Source of the DNA: a virus
IMG/VR virus record: IMGVR_UViG_3300020048_000029
Location: 32,001 to 96,000 of that record
Reading direction: 5' to 3' (one strand)
DNA: 64,000 nucleotides
Shown here: in pieces, positions 19,578 through 29,111 of the stretch
Layout of the letters: the number at the start of each line of letters is the position of its first letter
How positions within the stretch are numbered: position 1 is the first letter of the stretch
Made by a program: the position numbers and the translations under genes
Notes under the pieces: generated by a model
Told to the model about the DNA's origin: nothing
The model's input: only the letters and a program-made list of their open reading frames with translations
The model's database searches: none

Positions 19578-19720
19578 TCTTATATATAATATATAGATAT
19601 CTACATAGTAATATATAATATATAATATATACTGTATATCTATGCTTACATGGTGCATAACATTACACATCCGCATCGCCTCACACACATACACACCCAT
19701 CCACACACCGCCACACAAAC
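19578..19720. other. AT-rich tract followed by a CA-rich tract (candidate origin unwinding element)
   Basis: About 60 nt of almost pure A/T (TATATATAATATATAG...ATATATAATATATAATATAT), then CACACACATACACACCCATCCACACACC. Confidence 0.5.
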
Positions 19721-19791
19721 TTTTAAAAACCGTGCACACGATAAGCAGATAAACTGTATGTTTCGTAATTTACGCCTTCATTGACAGCGCA

Positions 19792-20067
19792 TTAGCTATA
19801 AAACATTTTTAGGTAATCAACAAAATCGCCACTCAGACCGTCAAAATCGGATTCGACAAACCCAAACAGGATCGCTGACTTGACCATCTCGTAAAAATCG
19901 AAATGTTCTCCAGACGCAATCGACTGCATGATCGTTGCGGCGTTGAACAGGTCTGCCGGGCTCATGATGGCCTCGTTCGTTGCCAAGCAGTGTCGAACTA
20001 GCTCTGTGACCTGTTCACGAGTTCCTGACAACGATACGAGCTCTGCGTATTTCTTTTTAAAATTCAT
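19792..20067 (-). CDS. Hypothetical protein
   Basis: About 91-aa ORF starting MNFKKKYAELV. Confidence 0.55.
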   Translation of the reverse strand: MNFKKKYAELVSLSGTREQVTELVRHCLATNEAIMSPADLFNAATIMQSIASGEHFDFYEMVKSAILFGFVESDFDGLSGDFVDYLKMFYS

Positions 20068-20240
20068 TTTGTCCATCCCTTGAGACACTCGCAAACACTC
20101 TCAGGCTTCGAGAGAGGGCCGTGAGCATCGGTTAAAGTAAAAACACATACCTAGGCAGCAAAAAATAAAATCAAGGGCCTTAAACAGCCTCTTTCGCGTT
20201 CGAAACTAAAATCAAATACTGTTTCTCATTTTTTGAATAT

Positions 20241-20423
20241 TTAGTAATTAAACCTGTTCCCAACACTGTTAAAAAACTTGTATTCAGGAACTTTTGGAAC
20301 CGGTTCAAAAACCTTTGCAACGACACGTTTATTGAACGCATCTTCAACCAAAACTTTATCGATGTCAACTCCGTACTTCTCGTACAAAGAAAGTATCTCT
20401 TTTCTCACTGGCAACAATCTCAT
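20241..20423 (-). CDS. Hypothetical small protein
   Basis: 60-aa ORF downstream of a terminator; no clear RBS. Confidence 0.4.
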   Translation of the reverse strand: MRLLPVRKEILSLYEKYGVDIDKVLVEDAFNKRVVAKVFEPVPKVPEYKFFNSVGNRFNY

Positions 20424-20439
20424 TTACGGGTAAAAAAAT

Positions 20440-20465
20440 AGCGCCACACGATTAAGTGTGACGCT
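20440..20465 (-). terminator. Intrinsic terminator
   Basis: Minus strand AGCGTCACAC-TTAATC-GTGTGGCGCT followed by ATTTTTTT. Confidence 0.7.
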
Positions 20466-20487
20466 GTTTGAGTGCGGTGATGTTGCC

Positions 20488-20523
20488 TTAGTTAATCGCA
20501 ATTGCGATATCCTCTAGTGGCAT
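20488..20523 (-). CDS. Candidate 11-aa micropeptide MPLEDIAIAIN
   Basis: Perfect SD AAAGGAGGT ending 6 nt before the ATG; own terminator downstream. Confidence 0.4.
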   Translation of the reverse strand: MPLEDIAIAIN

Positions 20524-20556
20524 AGCATCACCTCCTTTTCTGTTGGGAAACACGCT

Positions 20557-20979
20557 CTAATCATTGGTACAAAACTCAGTTTGGTAGTATTTTTCAGCGT
20601 CCTTTTTGTACATGAATATTGCAATCCCGGAACTATGTGGAACCGGATCTGTACCCCAGTCACCAGCCCCAAACACACCGTCGAAACCGACTGACCACCA
20701 CTTCTCCTCTTCAGAATGGAGCTTGAACATCTCTCTTACCGCATCTCTTAGCGTGGCAGCGTCAAGATTACCAGGGTCTGTCATTTCGCTACAACCACTC
20801 TTCCGGTCTATCTCCCCAAGGACGCTCCACCAATCTTTGTCGAACAGTGGCGTGCTCTTGGTTGTCCACGAGTACAATCGTGGTTGTAATCCGTCAAGGA
20901 AAAGCTGGCAAAAAGTGCCATCATATTTCAATGTGACATTAATTTTCCGGTTCGGTAATGCTACTACTGCTGTATTCAT
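20557..20979 (-). CDS. Hypothetical protein
   Basis: ATG at 20979 with AGGAG RBS; first gene of the leftward arm. Confidence 0.65.
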   Translation of the reverse strand: MNTAVVALPNRKINVTLKYDGTFCQLFLDGLQPRLYSWTTKSTPLFDKDWWSVLGEIDRKSGCSEMTDPGNLDAATLRDAVREMFKLHSEEEKWWSVGFDGVFGAGDWGTDPVPHSSGIAIFMYKKDAEKYYQTEFCTND

Positions 20980-21097
20980 ACAAGCTCCTTGATAGAAGAA
21001 TAACACCATGTAATCCCTCTTCATTGTAGTTATACCAGAAATTCGAGAAACATAACGCTTATGCAGATTGTATTTTAGGTCATACTTGGAGGTAAAT

Positions 21098-24000
21098 ATG
21101 CAAGATAAGATCTTAGCGCAACTCGCCCAGATGAGCTACGACAAGCGTCAGAACACAATGATGAACGCTACAGTGTCAACCACTGTTAATCATGTTTTAA
21201 ATAATGTTGAAAATGATAAAATTAAGCTTGTTGCAGATAATGTAGAAGTAGTTAAAAAATACGAGCATGACGATCTGGCTAAGCAAAAAGACATCGCAGA
21301 CAAGCAGCAAGTTTTTTCTGACGAAATCAGAGCTGACCTGAAGCTTATCAGCAAAGAGACCGGTGAAGTTATTGACACTGCACTCGGCGTTAAGATCGCA
21401 GAAATACCGAAGGTGACCGATCGAATGACTTACTTGATCAAAGGTAACGAATACCAGACAAGTATGCAGCCTCGACTCAAGTCCGGAGTTTATACAAAGA
21501 CTCAAAGCAATGGTGAGATCAGTTCTTATTTCAACGTTGATAAAACCGTTGACTTTGACCGCGGTTTCAATAACGACTTCAGAATCGACTTTGAACCAGA
21601 GTCGAAGATTTTCAGCATGAGATACGGCGGGAAGAAGATACCCCTTCTGAGCACGTTAAAAGCTCTAGGCGTATCATCGCGTGACCTTGAGGCTAAATGG
21701 GGCAAGGAAGTGCTAGATGAGAACGAGAGAATGTACGGACGCCATGAAGAGAGAGATATCAAAAAGCTTTACAGCGCGGTGTTCGGGAAAGAGCCTGGTA
21801 AAGACGAAAAGCTTGCCGACCTTTCAGCCACAATAAAAGAGCGACTTTTTGACACGAGACTCAATCCAGAGGTAACATCGATCACTCTTGGAAAAGCTTA
21901 TGACAAAGTGAACGGAAGCGCAATACTCGATGCGTCAAAGAAAATCATCGATATCAACCGCGGTGTTGAAGATGAAGACGACCGCGAGTCTCTCATGTTC
22001 AAGAACATCGTAGGGATCGAAACTCATATCAAAGAGCGACTCGTAAAAAGCTCGAAACAAATCGCGAATAATATCGCTCACAAGCTCGGGAAGACAGGGA
22101 AGATCAACTCTTCCATCTCATCTCAGATGTTCCGCCCTTACATCGAGGGAGTGATCACAGGGTCTCAGATCTCCAACCCGCCAAACCAGACGAACATCAT
22201 GTCGATCATTGGCGAGTCAACTAAAATCACTCCTATGGGAGAAGGCGGTATTGGATCGGCAAACGCGATCACAGATAGTATGCGTGTTCTGTCGAACACC
22301 GAAGCCGGATTTGTCGATCCTTTGCACACACCTGAAGGTGGAGGAATCGGTATTTCTAAGCACCTTTCCAATGGTACTGTCGTTGTAGAAGGTACACCTT
22401 ACAGTACTTTTATCAACCGCAAGAGCGGGAAGAAAGAGATGAAATCTCCTTCTGAGTTGTACAGCAAGTACCTCTCATTCCCGGACCAGTTCGACTCTAA
22501 TGGTAAGCCGAAGAATAAAAAAGTGTCTGTAATCCATAAGGGTAAAATGACCACTGTTGACGCTTCTGAAGTTGACTACGTGATCCCTTCATCTGAGTTC
22601 ATGTTTGATACCGCTGCCGCATCCATCCCTTTCCTTGACTCAATCCAAGGTAACCGTGGTCTTACCGCTTCGAAAATGCAGGAGCAGTCAGTGTCTCTTA
22701 CGAACAGAGAGAAACCACTGTTCAACATCATGGCAGGGAACGGGAAGTCGCTTTCAAAAGCTCTCGGATCTTCGATAGCGGTCCCAAAGTCTCCGGTTGA
22801 TGGAGTCGTAGAGAACTTGACTGATGAGCTTATGGTGATAAAAGGAAAAGACGGTAAGAGTCATGAGATTCAACTGTACCACAACTTCTCACTTAACTCA
22901 GAGTCGTTCCTGAACAATGATCCACTCGTTAAGATTGGTGACAAAGTTGAAAAGGGCCAGATCCTTGCAGACAATAACTTCACGAAAGATGGTCACGTTG
23001 CCCTTGGAGCAAACCTTCGAGTTGCTTACATGCCTTACCGCGGATGGAACTATGAAGACTCAGCAGTGATAAGTGAGTCTGGAGCTAAAAAGCTTCAGTC
23101 GCAGCACATGTATGACTTCAAAGCAAGAAGAAGCTCTGGTGGTACTTTTGACAAGAAGAAATTTGCAGCTTACTATCCTGAAGAGACTTCTTCAAAGACA
23201 ATGGCAAAGCTCGATGCAAACGGAATTATCAAAGTAGGCCAAAAGGTTGAACACGGAGACATTCTCATTGCTCACATGGAACCAGTAGCTCCAACTGCTG
23301 ACGATATCGCTGTAGGAAGACTTGATAAGCAGCTCAAAAGAGACATGGCCAACAACTCAGTAAAATGGGATAAAGGCCACGTTGGAATTGTTACAAGCGT
23401 GACCAAGCACGGTAACAATGTCGTTGTGAACGTAAAGACAAAAGAGGATATGAAGAAGGCTGACAAGATCGCCGGACTCCACGGTAACAAGCACATCATC
23501 TCGGAAATTCTTCCTGATGACCAGATGCCTTTTGATCCGGTTACCGGTAAGCACATTGAGCTTACAATGTCACCGATCGGGGTGTCTAACCGAATTAACA
23601 CCTCTCAGCTCCTTGAGAATGCTGCTGGTAAAATTGCCGAGAAAACCGGTAAGCAGTATGAGATTCACAACTTCGAAGACACAGATAACTCAAGAAAAGT
23701 TATGAGAGCTCTAAAGGCGAACGGTCTTTCAGATAAAGACAAGTTGATCAACCCAGAGACAGGGAAACCTTTCAAGAGTGAGATCGCTAATGGTGTGTCT
23801 CACATCCTCAAGCTTGAACACACTATCGATCACAAGTTCTCATCTCGATACAGAGGTGGGTACGACTCAAATGAACAGGCATCAAGCGGAGGGCATCATG
23901 GTGGTAAAAACGTCGGAAGAATGGAATCAGCGGCTCTCCTTGCCCGAGGTGCAACTGCAAACCTTGAGGAGATATTCGGAGTTAAAGGACAGCGGAATGA

Positions 24001-27000
24001 TGAGTATTGGCGAAACATGGAAATGGGCATACCTACCCCTACTCCTAAGAGCCCTGCTTTCGTATGGGATAAATTCCTTGCGATGTCGAAAGGTGCGGGG
24101 GTAAATATCGAGCGTAAAGGCAAGTCTTTCACGATGAAGCCTATGACCGACGAAGATATCATGAAGATCTCTGCCGGCGAGCTTACTCGTCCAACTGAGA
24201 CTTATCGTAAAAAGAACTTTGAACCTGTAAATGGCGGATTGTTCGATCCGAAAATTGTAGGGGGTATGAGAGGTGACAAGTATTCTCACATCCAACTTCC
24301 TGAGAGTATTCTTAATCCGATAACAGCGAAAGCAGTTGCCGGGATTCTTGAGATGCCAGAGAGCAGACTCGAAGCAATCGCTGAAGGAACTCAGTTCATA
24401 AGCAAGAAGACCGGTGAAAATGTCTCAAAAGGACACGCTGATGGGTACACTGCAAACGAAGCTATTAAGAGCTTGTTGAAAAACATAGATCTTGATAAGG
24501 AGTATGAACAGGCTAAAAAACAGTCTGAGTTAACCCATAGCACTGCTGATCTCAATAAGCTCAACCGTAAGATGAATTACATCAAAGGGCTTAAAAAGAA
24601 CGGTCTTGAAGCAAAAGACCTTATGATAAGCAAAGTGCTTGTCACTCCTTCAAAGTTCAGACCAATGATCCAGATGGGAGCGGATGGTACCGTTATCATC
24701 GCTGATGAGAATGAACTGTACCAGCAGGTTGCTCAGACTTCTAAAGCTCTCGAAGACCATAAAGATGCTATGAATGATCTACCTAAAAGCGTTCTTGGTA
24801 TTACAGCAGCTGAAGGACGCGGACAACTGTACAAAGACGTTCGCGCTCTTCAAGGGTTGTCTGAGCCAACTGCATACCTTCACAAGATCAAAAAGAAAAA
24901 AGGGTTCCTTGCTCAGATTGACGGTGGAGACAAGCAGACAAAAGAAGGGTACTACCAGAACAAGGTGATGGAGCGTCGTCAAGACTTGGTTGGCCGTTCT
25001 ACTATCACTCTTAACCCATCTCTTGGTGGTGACCAGATGGGTATTCCAGAAGAAATGGCGACAGACATTTTCCGTCCATTTATCATGCAGAAACTCGTAT
25101 CTTGGGGGTACAAGCCTCTTGATGCTAAAAAACAAGTTGACGATGATAGCAGTGTGTTCAAAAAGGCTCGCGAAGTTGTCGCTGGAGAGAGACTGATAAT
25201 TGCAAACAGAGCTCCTTCTCTTCACAAATGGAACATGACAGCTTTCCATCCTGTTCTTACAAAAGGAAAGTCAATTGAGACTCCAGCTGTTGTGATCTCA
25301 AAGAACTTTGATGGTGACTTTGATGGTGACACATTTCAGATCCATGTCCCTGTAAGCAAGAAAGCCCTTGAAGAAGCCTACACAATGCTTCCGTCTGTAA
25401 ACATGCTTAAGACCGGGTACGGATCTGTTCTTAACATGCCTGACATGGACATGATTGCAGGAGCGTACCTTGCATCAAAAGGCGAGGGTAGCGACGGGAA
25501 AGTTCACGAGTTCAAAACTCTTGAAGAGATGCAGAAGGCTATAAAAAGCCATAAGATCGATCACTCTGACATGGTAAAAATAGGAAAGAGAACCGACAAT
25601 GCAATCATGCATGATATCAACAGCACTCTTCCTGAAAAATTCCATAAATGGGGCCATGATCTCAACAAGAAAAATGTTGAGAAGTGGATTGCCGATGTCA
25701 GTGAGAACGGACCAAAAGGAACAGGCTTAGACCTTGCGGACAAGATTAAGGAAGTCGGTAATGATTACATTACGAAATTCGGACTCACACTTGGCGTCTC
25801 AGACACGCTTGTTGACACTGAAAAGAGAGACGATATTGTCAAAAAAGCATGGGAGAAAGCAAAAACAGAAGGTGTGGTATCTGCATTCTCATGGGCAAAA
25901 GAAGAAGCTAAAAATGAACTTGCTTCTAAGCACGGGATCAAGTCGCAAGTTGGGATTCCACTTATCTCAGGAGCAGGTAAAGGCATTGGAAACACGTCTG
26001 ACATCGCAATGTTCCCAGGAATCCTTGCCGACGCAAATGACAATCCTATCGAAATACCGATCCTTCGTTCTTATTCTGAAGGTCTCGATACTTTTGGTTA
26101 CTGGGCGGCTGCTCACGGAGCACGAGGTGGTAACATCAAAAAATCTGTCCAATCGTTCAAGCCAGGGTACCTGACAAAGAAGATGATCAACACAATGTAC
26201 GAAACTCGTATCGCGAGCGAAGTTCCGATGGATACTGAAGGTGTTGAGTACAAAGTGTCAGATAAGAAAGGTATTGTAAACAGATACCTTGCTCAGGATG
26301 CAGTTGATAAAAAAGGCAAAGTTGTTGCGAAGAGAAACGATCTGATCGATGCTGCTCTTATCAATAAATTCCACATTACAGGAACGAAGAAGATCTATGT
26401 TCAGTCACCTTTAACAGACCCTACTCCTGGAGAAGGGTTCTCAGCTTGGTCGTATGGAGTTTCTGACAACAATCGTAGAATGAACCGCGGTGACCATGTC
26501 GGGGTGATATCTGCACACACAATCACGCAGCCATCTCTTAACCTTGCGATGAAATCGTTCCACTCAGGTGGTAAGATAGATGCAAAAAGCGCGAAGAGAA
26601 AGGTGAATACCGGTTCTGCGTTTGACGAGATGGACAGAGTATTCAGCTTTGTTCAAACACCTCCAGACAAAGCAACTTTGGCAAAAATTGACGGTGTTGT
26701 CGAAAGTGTGAACCAGTCCGGAGTTGGCGGATTTGATGTCGTGATAAGTGGCACCAAACACTACGTTTCTAAAAATGTTGACACCGAAGTAAAAGTTGGT
26801 GACAAAGTTAAGAAAGGCCAGCAGATATCAACTGGCACTCCTAACCCTCACGAAGTTCTAAGCCTTCGTGGAATGAAAGAGACCCAGAAGTATCTCGTTG
26901 AAAAGCTTAGTGATATTAACGAAGGGAACCTCGATAAGAGAAACATCGAGACGATCGTAAGAAGTATCACGAATACAACAAGAATTACCGATCCAGGTAA

Positions 27001-27265
27001 AAGTGATTACGTTAAAGGTGACACAGTAGCTCTTACAACTGTTGAGCATCTCAATAAGAATGGACTTGGGATTAAACACTCTCCATTCCTTGTTGCGATG
27101 GGTATCGGTGGTAAGCCAGCGTTGTCAAAAGACTTTATTGGAAGACTTGGCCACAACAGACTTAAAGACGTGTTCCAAGACGGTTCTGTGATGGGTTACG
27201 AAAGCAAAATTGATAGAGACTCTGGCAACCCTATGACAAGACTTGTCAGCGGCGTTTACGAATAA
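21098..27265 (+). CDS. Single-chain (fused beta-beta') multisubunit-type DNA-directed RNA polymerase
   Basis: Beta motifs HTPEG, NRGLTASKMQEQ, GWNYEDS, DKIAGLHGNK, GGKNVGRME; beta' motifs GLFDPKI, NRAPSLH, catalytic DFDGD (NFDGDFDGD), GARGG, trigger loop LAMKSFHSGG; GGAGG RBS before ATG 21098. Confidence 0.92.
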   Translation: MQDKILAQLAQMSYDKRQNTMMNATVSTTVNHVLNNVENDKIKLVADNVEVVKKYEHDDLAKQKDIADKQQVFSDEIRADLKLISKETGEVIDTALGVKIAEIPKVTDRMTYLIKGNEYQTSMQPRLKSGVYTKTQSNGEISSYFNVDKTVDFDRGFNNDFRIDFEPESKIFSMRYGGKKIPLLSTLKALGVSSRDLEAKWGKEVLDENERMYGRHEERDIKKLYSAVFGKEPGKDEKLADLSATIKERLFDTRLNPEVTSITLGKAYDKVNGSAILDASKKIIDINRGVEDEDDRESLMFKNIVGIETHIKERLVKSSKQIANNIAHKLGKTGKINSSISSQMFRPYIEGVITGSQISNPPNQTNIMSIIGESTKITPMGEGGIGSANAITDSMRVLSNTEAGFVDPLHTPEGGGIGISKHLSNGTVVVEGTPYSTFINRKSGKKEMKSPSELYSKYLSFPDQFDSNGKPKNKKVSVIHKGKMTTVDASEVDYVIPSSEFMFDTAAASIPFLDSIQGNRGLTASKMQEQSVSLTNREKPLFNIMAGNGKSLSKALGSSIAVPKSPVDGVVENLTDELMVIKGKDGKSHEIQLYHNFSLNSESFLNNDPLVKIGDKVEKGQILADNNFTKDGHVALGANLRVAYMPYRGWNYEDSAVISESGAKKLQSQHMYDFKARRSSGGTFDKKKFAAYYPEETSSKTMAKLDANGIIKVGQKVEHGDILIAHMEPVAPTADDIAVGRLDKQLKRDMANNSVKWDKGHVGIVTSVTKHGNNVVVNVKTKEDMKKADKIAGLHGNKHIISEILPDDQMPFDPVTGKHIELTMSPIGVSNRINTSQLLENAAGKIAEKTGKQYEIHNFEDTDNSRKVMRALKANGLSDKDKLINPETGKPFKSEIANGVSHILKLEHTIDHKFSSRYRGGYDSNEQASSGGHHGGKNVGRMESAALLARGATANLEEIFGVKGQRNDEYWRNMEMGIPTPTPKSPAFVWDKFLAMSKGAGVNIERKGKSFTMKPMTDEDIMKISAGELTRPTETYRKKNFEPVNGGLFDPKIVGGMRGDKYSHIQLPESILNPITAKAVAGILEMPESRLEAIAEGTQFISKKTGENVSKGHADGYTANEAIKSLLKNIDLDKEYEQAKKQSELTHSTADLNKLNRKMNYIKGLKKNGLEAKDLMISKVLVTPSKFRPMIQMGADGTVIIADENELYQQVAQTSKALEDHKDAMNDLPKSVLGITAAEGRGQLYKDVRALQGLSEPTAYLHKIKKKKGFLAQIDGGDKQTKEGYYQNKVMERRQDLVGRSTITLNPSLGGDQMGIPEEMATDIFRPFIMQKLVSWGYKPLDAKKQVDDDSSVFKKAREVVAGERLIIANRAPSLHKWNMTAFHPVLTKGKSIETPAVVISKNFDGDFDGDTFQIHVPVSKKALEEAYTMLPSVNMLKTGYGSVLNMPDMDMIAGAYLASKGEGSDGKVHEFKTLEEMQKAIKSHKIDHSDMVKIGKRTDNAIMHDINSTLPEKFHKWGHDLNKKNVEKWIADVSENGPKGTGLDLADKIKEVGNDYITKFGLTLGVSDTLVDTEKRDDIVKKAWEKAKTEGVVSAFSWAKEEAKNELASKHGIKSQVGIPLISGAGKGIGNTSDIAMFPGILADANDNPIEIPILRSYSEGLDTFGYWAAAHGARGGNIKKSVQSFKPGYLTKKMINTMYETRIASEVPMDTEGVEYKVSDKKGIVNRYLAQDAVDKKGKVVAKRNDLIDAALINKFHITGTKKIYVQSPLTDPTPGEGFSAWSYGVSDNNRRMNRGDHVGVISAHTITQPSLNLAMKSFHSGGKIDAKSAKRKVNTGSAFDEMDRVFSFVQTPPDKATLAKIDGVVESVNQSGVGGFDVVISGTKHYVSKNVDTEVKVGDKVKKGQQISTGTPNPHEVLSLRGMKETQKYLVEKLSDINEGNLDKRNIETIVRSITNTTRITDPGKSDYVKGDTVALTTVEHLNKNGLGIKHSPFLVAMGIGGKPALSKDFIGRLGHNRLKDVFQDGSVMGYESKIDRDSGNPMTRLVSGVYE

Positions 27266-27279
27266 TTAAGGAGGATTGT

Positions 27280-28539
27280 ATGAATGATATTGATGAAGCA
27301 GCGCTTGGATTTACACTTGGGGTTGCACCTATGGGGTACATTGCTGCAAAAAAGGTTCCTGAGTTTATCCATTCAAGACAAAGGCTTGCGCTTGAAGAGG
27401 CCAGATTACCTAAGGCAAAATCATTTGCAGCAAAATCTAAAGCGACTGCTGCAGTTATGATGGCTGCCGCAGGATTAGGCACTGTAAATTTGCTTAAAAA
27501 ATATGCAAATGACGACGCTTTTGTAGGCGCTGGAATTGCTGGAGCTGCTGGAGCTATAGGAGCAAATGAATACATTAAAAGAAAGACGAAAGCAAATGAT
27601 ATTCAAGCTAGTGCGATAGCAGATAAGCTTAAGTATGTTGACAGATCGAGAAGGGCTATTGGATTAGGTATGGCATCACTTTTAGCTTATGGTGCGATTT
27701 CTAAGGTGGAACCATTCGCAAGATTACTCCTGAAGAAGGCGTCAGACAACACTCCTGCTTCTCCTAGCATAATTCTTGGAGCCGCTGCCGCTGGAGCCGC
27801 AGGGTCAGCATACGCAGTGAAAAGCGTAAATAATGAGGTGAAATCAATAATAGACAAGTACAACAGCGACTATTCAAAAAAGCTAAGCGGTTCCGAAAGA
27901 AGAGCAGTTAACAAGGTTCTAAAGAGTGAGGGCTTGAAAATTTACAATGATGCACACAAGCAGTTTAAGGCGTCAAAAGCCAAAGACGTCAGCATTTCAG
28001 ATATCATAAAAGACAACAAGCTTAATATGAGAAACAATTTTGCAACAGATATACCGAGCAAATTCGGAACGGGCCCAGCTCAAGTTGTGCAAGGTGGTAT
28101 TATGCTTGTTCCTAAAAAAGTACCAGTTGCAGTTTTTGCGCATGAGTTCGGACATTATCTTAGTGGGGAAAGAGGGACAGGAGGACCTGTAGATTTCGCT
28201 AAAAGGCAACGTAAAAACTCAAGCCCAGAGGGAACGCTTAAGGAAGAGTTTAGAGCCTCTTTTAGTAAAGAAAGTAGAAATGCAATACCTTTGCACAAAA
28301 GAGGTGTAGAAGGTCTTAAGCTAGACTTGCACGCAAAAAGGACTTATATAGGTTCATATCTTGCTAAAGGAAGAATTAAAGGATCAAAAGGTGTAGCACT
28401 GCTAAATGCTCATAATAGCGTAATCGGCATTAAGCCTAGACTTGTATCCATTGCAAAAAGATCTGGAGTAATAGGTGCTGGAGCAGGCTTAGGTGCCGGT
28501 GCATTATCTGCAGTAATGTTTGCCAAAAACAATTCTTGA
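27280..28539 (+). CDS. Gly/Ala-rich protein with a zincin-type HExxH metallopeptidase motif
   Basis: VFAHEFGHY and downstream EEFRAS; several hydrophobic GxxxG segments; AAGGAGG RBS. Confidence 0.6.
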   Translation: MNDIDEAALGFTLGVAPMGYIAAKKVPEFIHSRQRLALEEARLPKAKSFAAKSKATAAVMMAAAGLGTVNLLKKYANDDAFVGAGIAGAAGAIGANEYIKRKTKANDIQASAIADKLKYVDRSRRAIGLGMASLLAYGAISKVEPFARLLLKKASDNTPASPSIILGAAAAGAAGSAYAVKSVNNEVKSIIDKYNSDYSKKLSGSERRAVNKVLKSEGLKIYNDAHKQFKASKAKDVSISDIIKDNKLNMRNNFATDIPSKFGTGPAQVVQGGIMLVPKKVPVAVFAHEFGHYLSGERGTGGPVDFAKRQRKNSSPEGTLKEEFRASFSKESRNAIPLHKRGVEGLKLDLHAKRTYIGSYLAKGRIKGSKGVALLNAHNSVIGIKPRLVSIAKRSGVIGAGAGLGAGALSAVMFAKNNS

Positions 28540-28574
28540 GCGCAATATATTTTTGCTTAAAAGGCTGGTGAAAT

Positions 28575-29111
28575 ATGAATAGTTTTGTTTCCGGGGCTCT
28601 CCCCGGTTTTTACACATACGATGATGCAAAAGACAACCCGTACTCTAGCAGGGCTGGGAATGTTGCAGGAGCGTTCGTATCTGGGGCTGTAGTGCCTGTT
28701 GCAACAACCGGATTAATAGCAGCGGCAGCAGCTAAAATGCTAAAAGATAAGAATCCTGTAGTAGCCAAAAACCTGAAAGACGCAGCTCTTTCTCAGGTTG
28801 ATATTCTCAACCCTTCAATGATGACTAAGCATGTCAAAAGTATTCCACTGATGACTAAGGCGACATTAAACATGAGCAAGGCTGAGACAGCTAAGAATAT
28901 CTTCGCCAAAGCTCACGCCTACTCAAAAACAATGAAGAGCGCGAAAGACATTTCCAAACTCTACGGCATTGGTATTACGAAAGTAGCTCCAATGTCGGCA
29001 AGAAGTATCGGTGCTCTCACCGGAGTAGTCGGAGGAGTTTCTGCTGGAGTTGCCAACGCAATGCTGGTTAATGGAAATTACACCCGCGGAAAAAGAGATG
29101 GGATGTTATAA
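28575..29111 (+). CDS. Gly/Ala-rich hypothetical protein (possible virion/membrane protein)
   Basis: 178 aa with two hydrophobic Gly-rich segments; preceded by TATATTTTT. Confidence 0.65.
   Translation: MNSFVSGALPGFYTYDDAKDNPYSSRAGNVAGAFVSGAVVPVATTGLIAAAAAKMLKDKNPVVAKNLKDAALSQVDILNPSMMTKHVKSIPLMTKATLNMSKAETAKNIFAKAHAYSKTMKSAKDISKLYGIGITKVAPMSARSIGALTGVVGGVSAGVANAMLVNGNYTRGKRDGML

Noticed and set aside
19630-19650. LexA/SOS box (TACTGTATAT)
   Set aside because: Only a half site; the ACAG needed 8 nt after CTGT is absent.
19203-19739. Short ORFs called across the control region
   Set aside because: They translate repeats and low-complexity AT/CA tracts, lack RBSs and have implausible composition.
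21190-27079. Many antisense and alternate-frame ORFs within the RNAP and other long genes
   Set aside because: Shadow ORFs of strongly coding sequence, with no motifs or RBSs.
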